Virus record (IMG/VR): IMGVR_UViG_3300037484_000123
Coordinates: 1-24,828 of that record
DNA from: a virus
Lineage: Duplodnaviria > Caudoviricetes
Strand: one strand, 5' to 3'
Length of the DNA stretch: 24,828 nucleotides
Position numbers and translations under genes: made by a program. Below are positions 23,448 through 24,828 of the stretch, one piece after another (the stretch's first letter is position 1; each line of letters opens with the position of its first letter). Below the pieces are notes generated by a model. It worked only from the letters and a program-made list of their open reading frames with translations, had not been told where the DNA came from and made no database searches.

Positions 23448-24828
23448 ATGAAAAAATGGATTCTGCTTTTCTTGCTGCTTCCCAATCTCGCATGGGGGGC
23501 CACATACACCGTCTGTGCAAGTGGGTGTGACCAGACCACCATTCAAGCTGCCTTCAATGCTTACGATTTGGCCCCCGATGATGTTGTCGAGGTAAGGGCT
23601 GCATCCCCAGGAGACACGGCCACCTTTCGGGAATTGGTGACTTGGGGCAGTAATGATGGTGGTGGTTCAGGACACCCCGTAACCTTACAGGGAAGAACCG
23701 GGGACACAATTAACATATACGGCTCAACCCTTGGGGCCGGATGGGACAATGCCGAAGGCGGGAGCATTTGGTTTATGGCTGGTTTCACGACAAATGCCGT
23801 CATGGTCTGGAGAGACAACGTGAATATGACGTTGGCTCCCTCTAAGGTGGCTATGGATGTCGATGGCGAATGGTGGATGGACGATCCCAACAATAGGGTT
23901 TATGTTTACGCCTCTGATCCAACGAACAATGTTTACGAGATAGGGCAGAGGACTAACTGCGTTTACCTCACGGGTGGGATAAGCAACGTCACTCTGAAGA
24001 ATCTGAGAGCGCGGTATTCAAATTCAAGTGGATTCAGGCAGGAAGATGGCTCTAACGTGACCTACCAGAATATTGATGCTTCCTATAATTGGGGGATTGG
24101 GTGGTTGGTCTATTCAAATGATGCAAGTTACGACACGAATATGAGCATCACGGATTCGACGTTTACGTTCAACGGAGACAATGGAGCCTTAACGGGACAT
24201 TATCTTAATACGATAACGTTCGATGGATGCACCTTCAATAACAACGGTCAGAATGGGGCTGATACGTTTAACGGCGGTCTCTATATCGCTGATGATACTA
24301 AGGGAACTTCATATGGGATCATAGTGCAGAATTGCACTGCAGCCAATAATGGGAAGGCTGCCGATAACGTGACCGTTGTCTGTAGTGCGAATGGTGGAAA
24401 TGGAATCTGGGTTGACACGACAGGGAGCAACAACGGGGCCAATCCAGTCATTTTCAGGTACAACACTTCTTCAAATAATTATGGAGTCGGCATCTATCTC
24501 GAAAACACCCCTGACGCAATGGCGTATTATAATACGTCATTCGGAGATACTCAGGGTATTCAGGTATCAACTTCTGATGCTCCATATCCAGCTACAGACT
24601 GCAAAGTTTATAATAACTCCGTTTATAACGCCACCATTTCATTTCACATTCAGGGTGCCCAGACGGATGGAACTGTGGTCAAGAACAACATATTTCATAC
24701 AGCGTCAAGCCGGTTAATGTACCATGAAAGCGGTGCAAATAGTGTCATCAACTACAACCAGTATTACGATACGTCCTATACGAACAAGTGGATGCTGACT
24801 TCCACGGGTTATTCTACCCTTGGAGCAT
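23448..24828 (+). CDS. Secreted right-handed beta-helix protein, truncated by the window end
   Basis: AGGAG RBS; MKKWILLFLLLPNLAWG-ATYTVCASGCDQTTIQAA; Asn-rich rungs (GIWVD, GIYLE, VYNNSVY, VKNNIF); frame open to the end and missing from the ORF track. Confidence 0.85.
   Translation, partial: MKKWILLFLLLPNLAWGATYTVCASGCDQTTIQAAFNAYDLAPDDVVEVRAASPGDTATFRELVTWGSNDGGGSGHPVTLQGRTGDTINIYGSTLGAGWDNAEGGSIWFMAGFTTNAVMVWRDNVNMTLAPSKVAMDVDGEWWMDDPNNRVYVYASDPTNNVYEIGQRTNCVYLTGGISNVTLKNLRARYSNSSGFRQEDGSNVTYQNIDASYNWGIGWLVYSNDASYDTNMSITDSTFTFNGDNGALTGHYLNTITFDGCTFNNNGQNGADTFNGGLYIADDTKGTSYGIIVQNCTAANNGKAADNVTVVCSANGGNGIWVDTTGSNNGANPVIFRYNTSSNNYGVGIYLENTPDAMAYYNTSFGDTQGIQVSTSDAPYPATDCKVYNNSVYNATISFHIQGAQTDGTVVKNNIFHTASSRLMYHESGANSVINYNQYYDTSYTNKWMLTSTGYSTLGA

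Noticed and set aside
6669-24717. Many antisense and alternate-frame ORFs in the track
   Set aside because: They shadow well-supported plus-strand genes and lack recognisable motifs; the same applies to plus-strand ORFs in 1-6100
14574-24828. Diversity-generating retroelement, suggested by the BPP-1-like head genes
   Set aside because: No reverse transcriptase and no TR/VR pair; the 183-nt repeat is tandem, in frame and not adenine-specific
1-24828. Stop-codon reassignment
   Set aside because: Core genes are full length in the standard code, and TAA, TAG and TGA all end genes at tight junctions

Overview
The window is part of a tailed-phage (or prophage) genome with a podovirus-type, BPP-1-like head module. 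Left arm (1-6061, minus strand): densely packed small, probably early genes, including a PD-(D/E)XK nuclease, an XRE-type HTH regulator and a DUF1737-like protein. It also holds an intrinsic terminator, a repeated covarying hairpin-plus-RBS module and two candidate non-coding RNAs: a tRNA mimic without a D-arm (1986-2079) and a ~165-nt multi-stem element (1647-1810). A divergent AT-rich control region lies at ~6062-6257. Right arm (plus strand): putative terminase small subunit, terminase large subunit, portal, Bbp19-like protein, scaffold, major capsid protein flanked by structured intergenic segments, and a putative cement/decoration protein. Where tail genes would be expected, there are instead at least eight consecutive genes (14232 to the window end) whose products all begin with Sec-type signal peptides. 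They include a 1728-aa fibre-like protein with paired cysteines, a glycine-rich domain protein, two beta-helix proteins and an FN3-like protein. This exported fibre/adhesin-like operon is the most striking feature. All family assignments come from motif recognition by eye; no searches were run.
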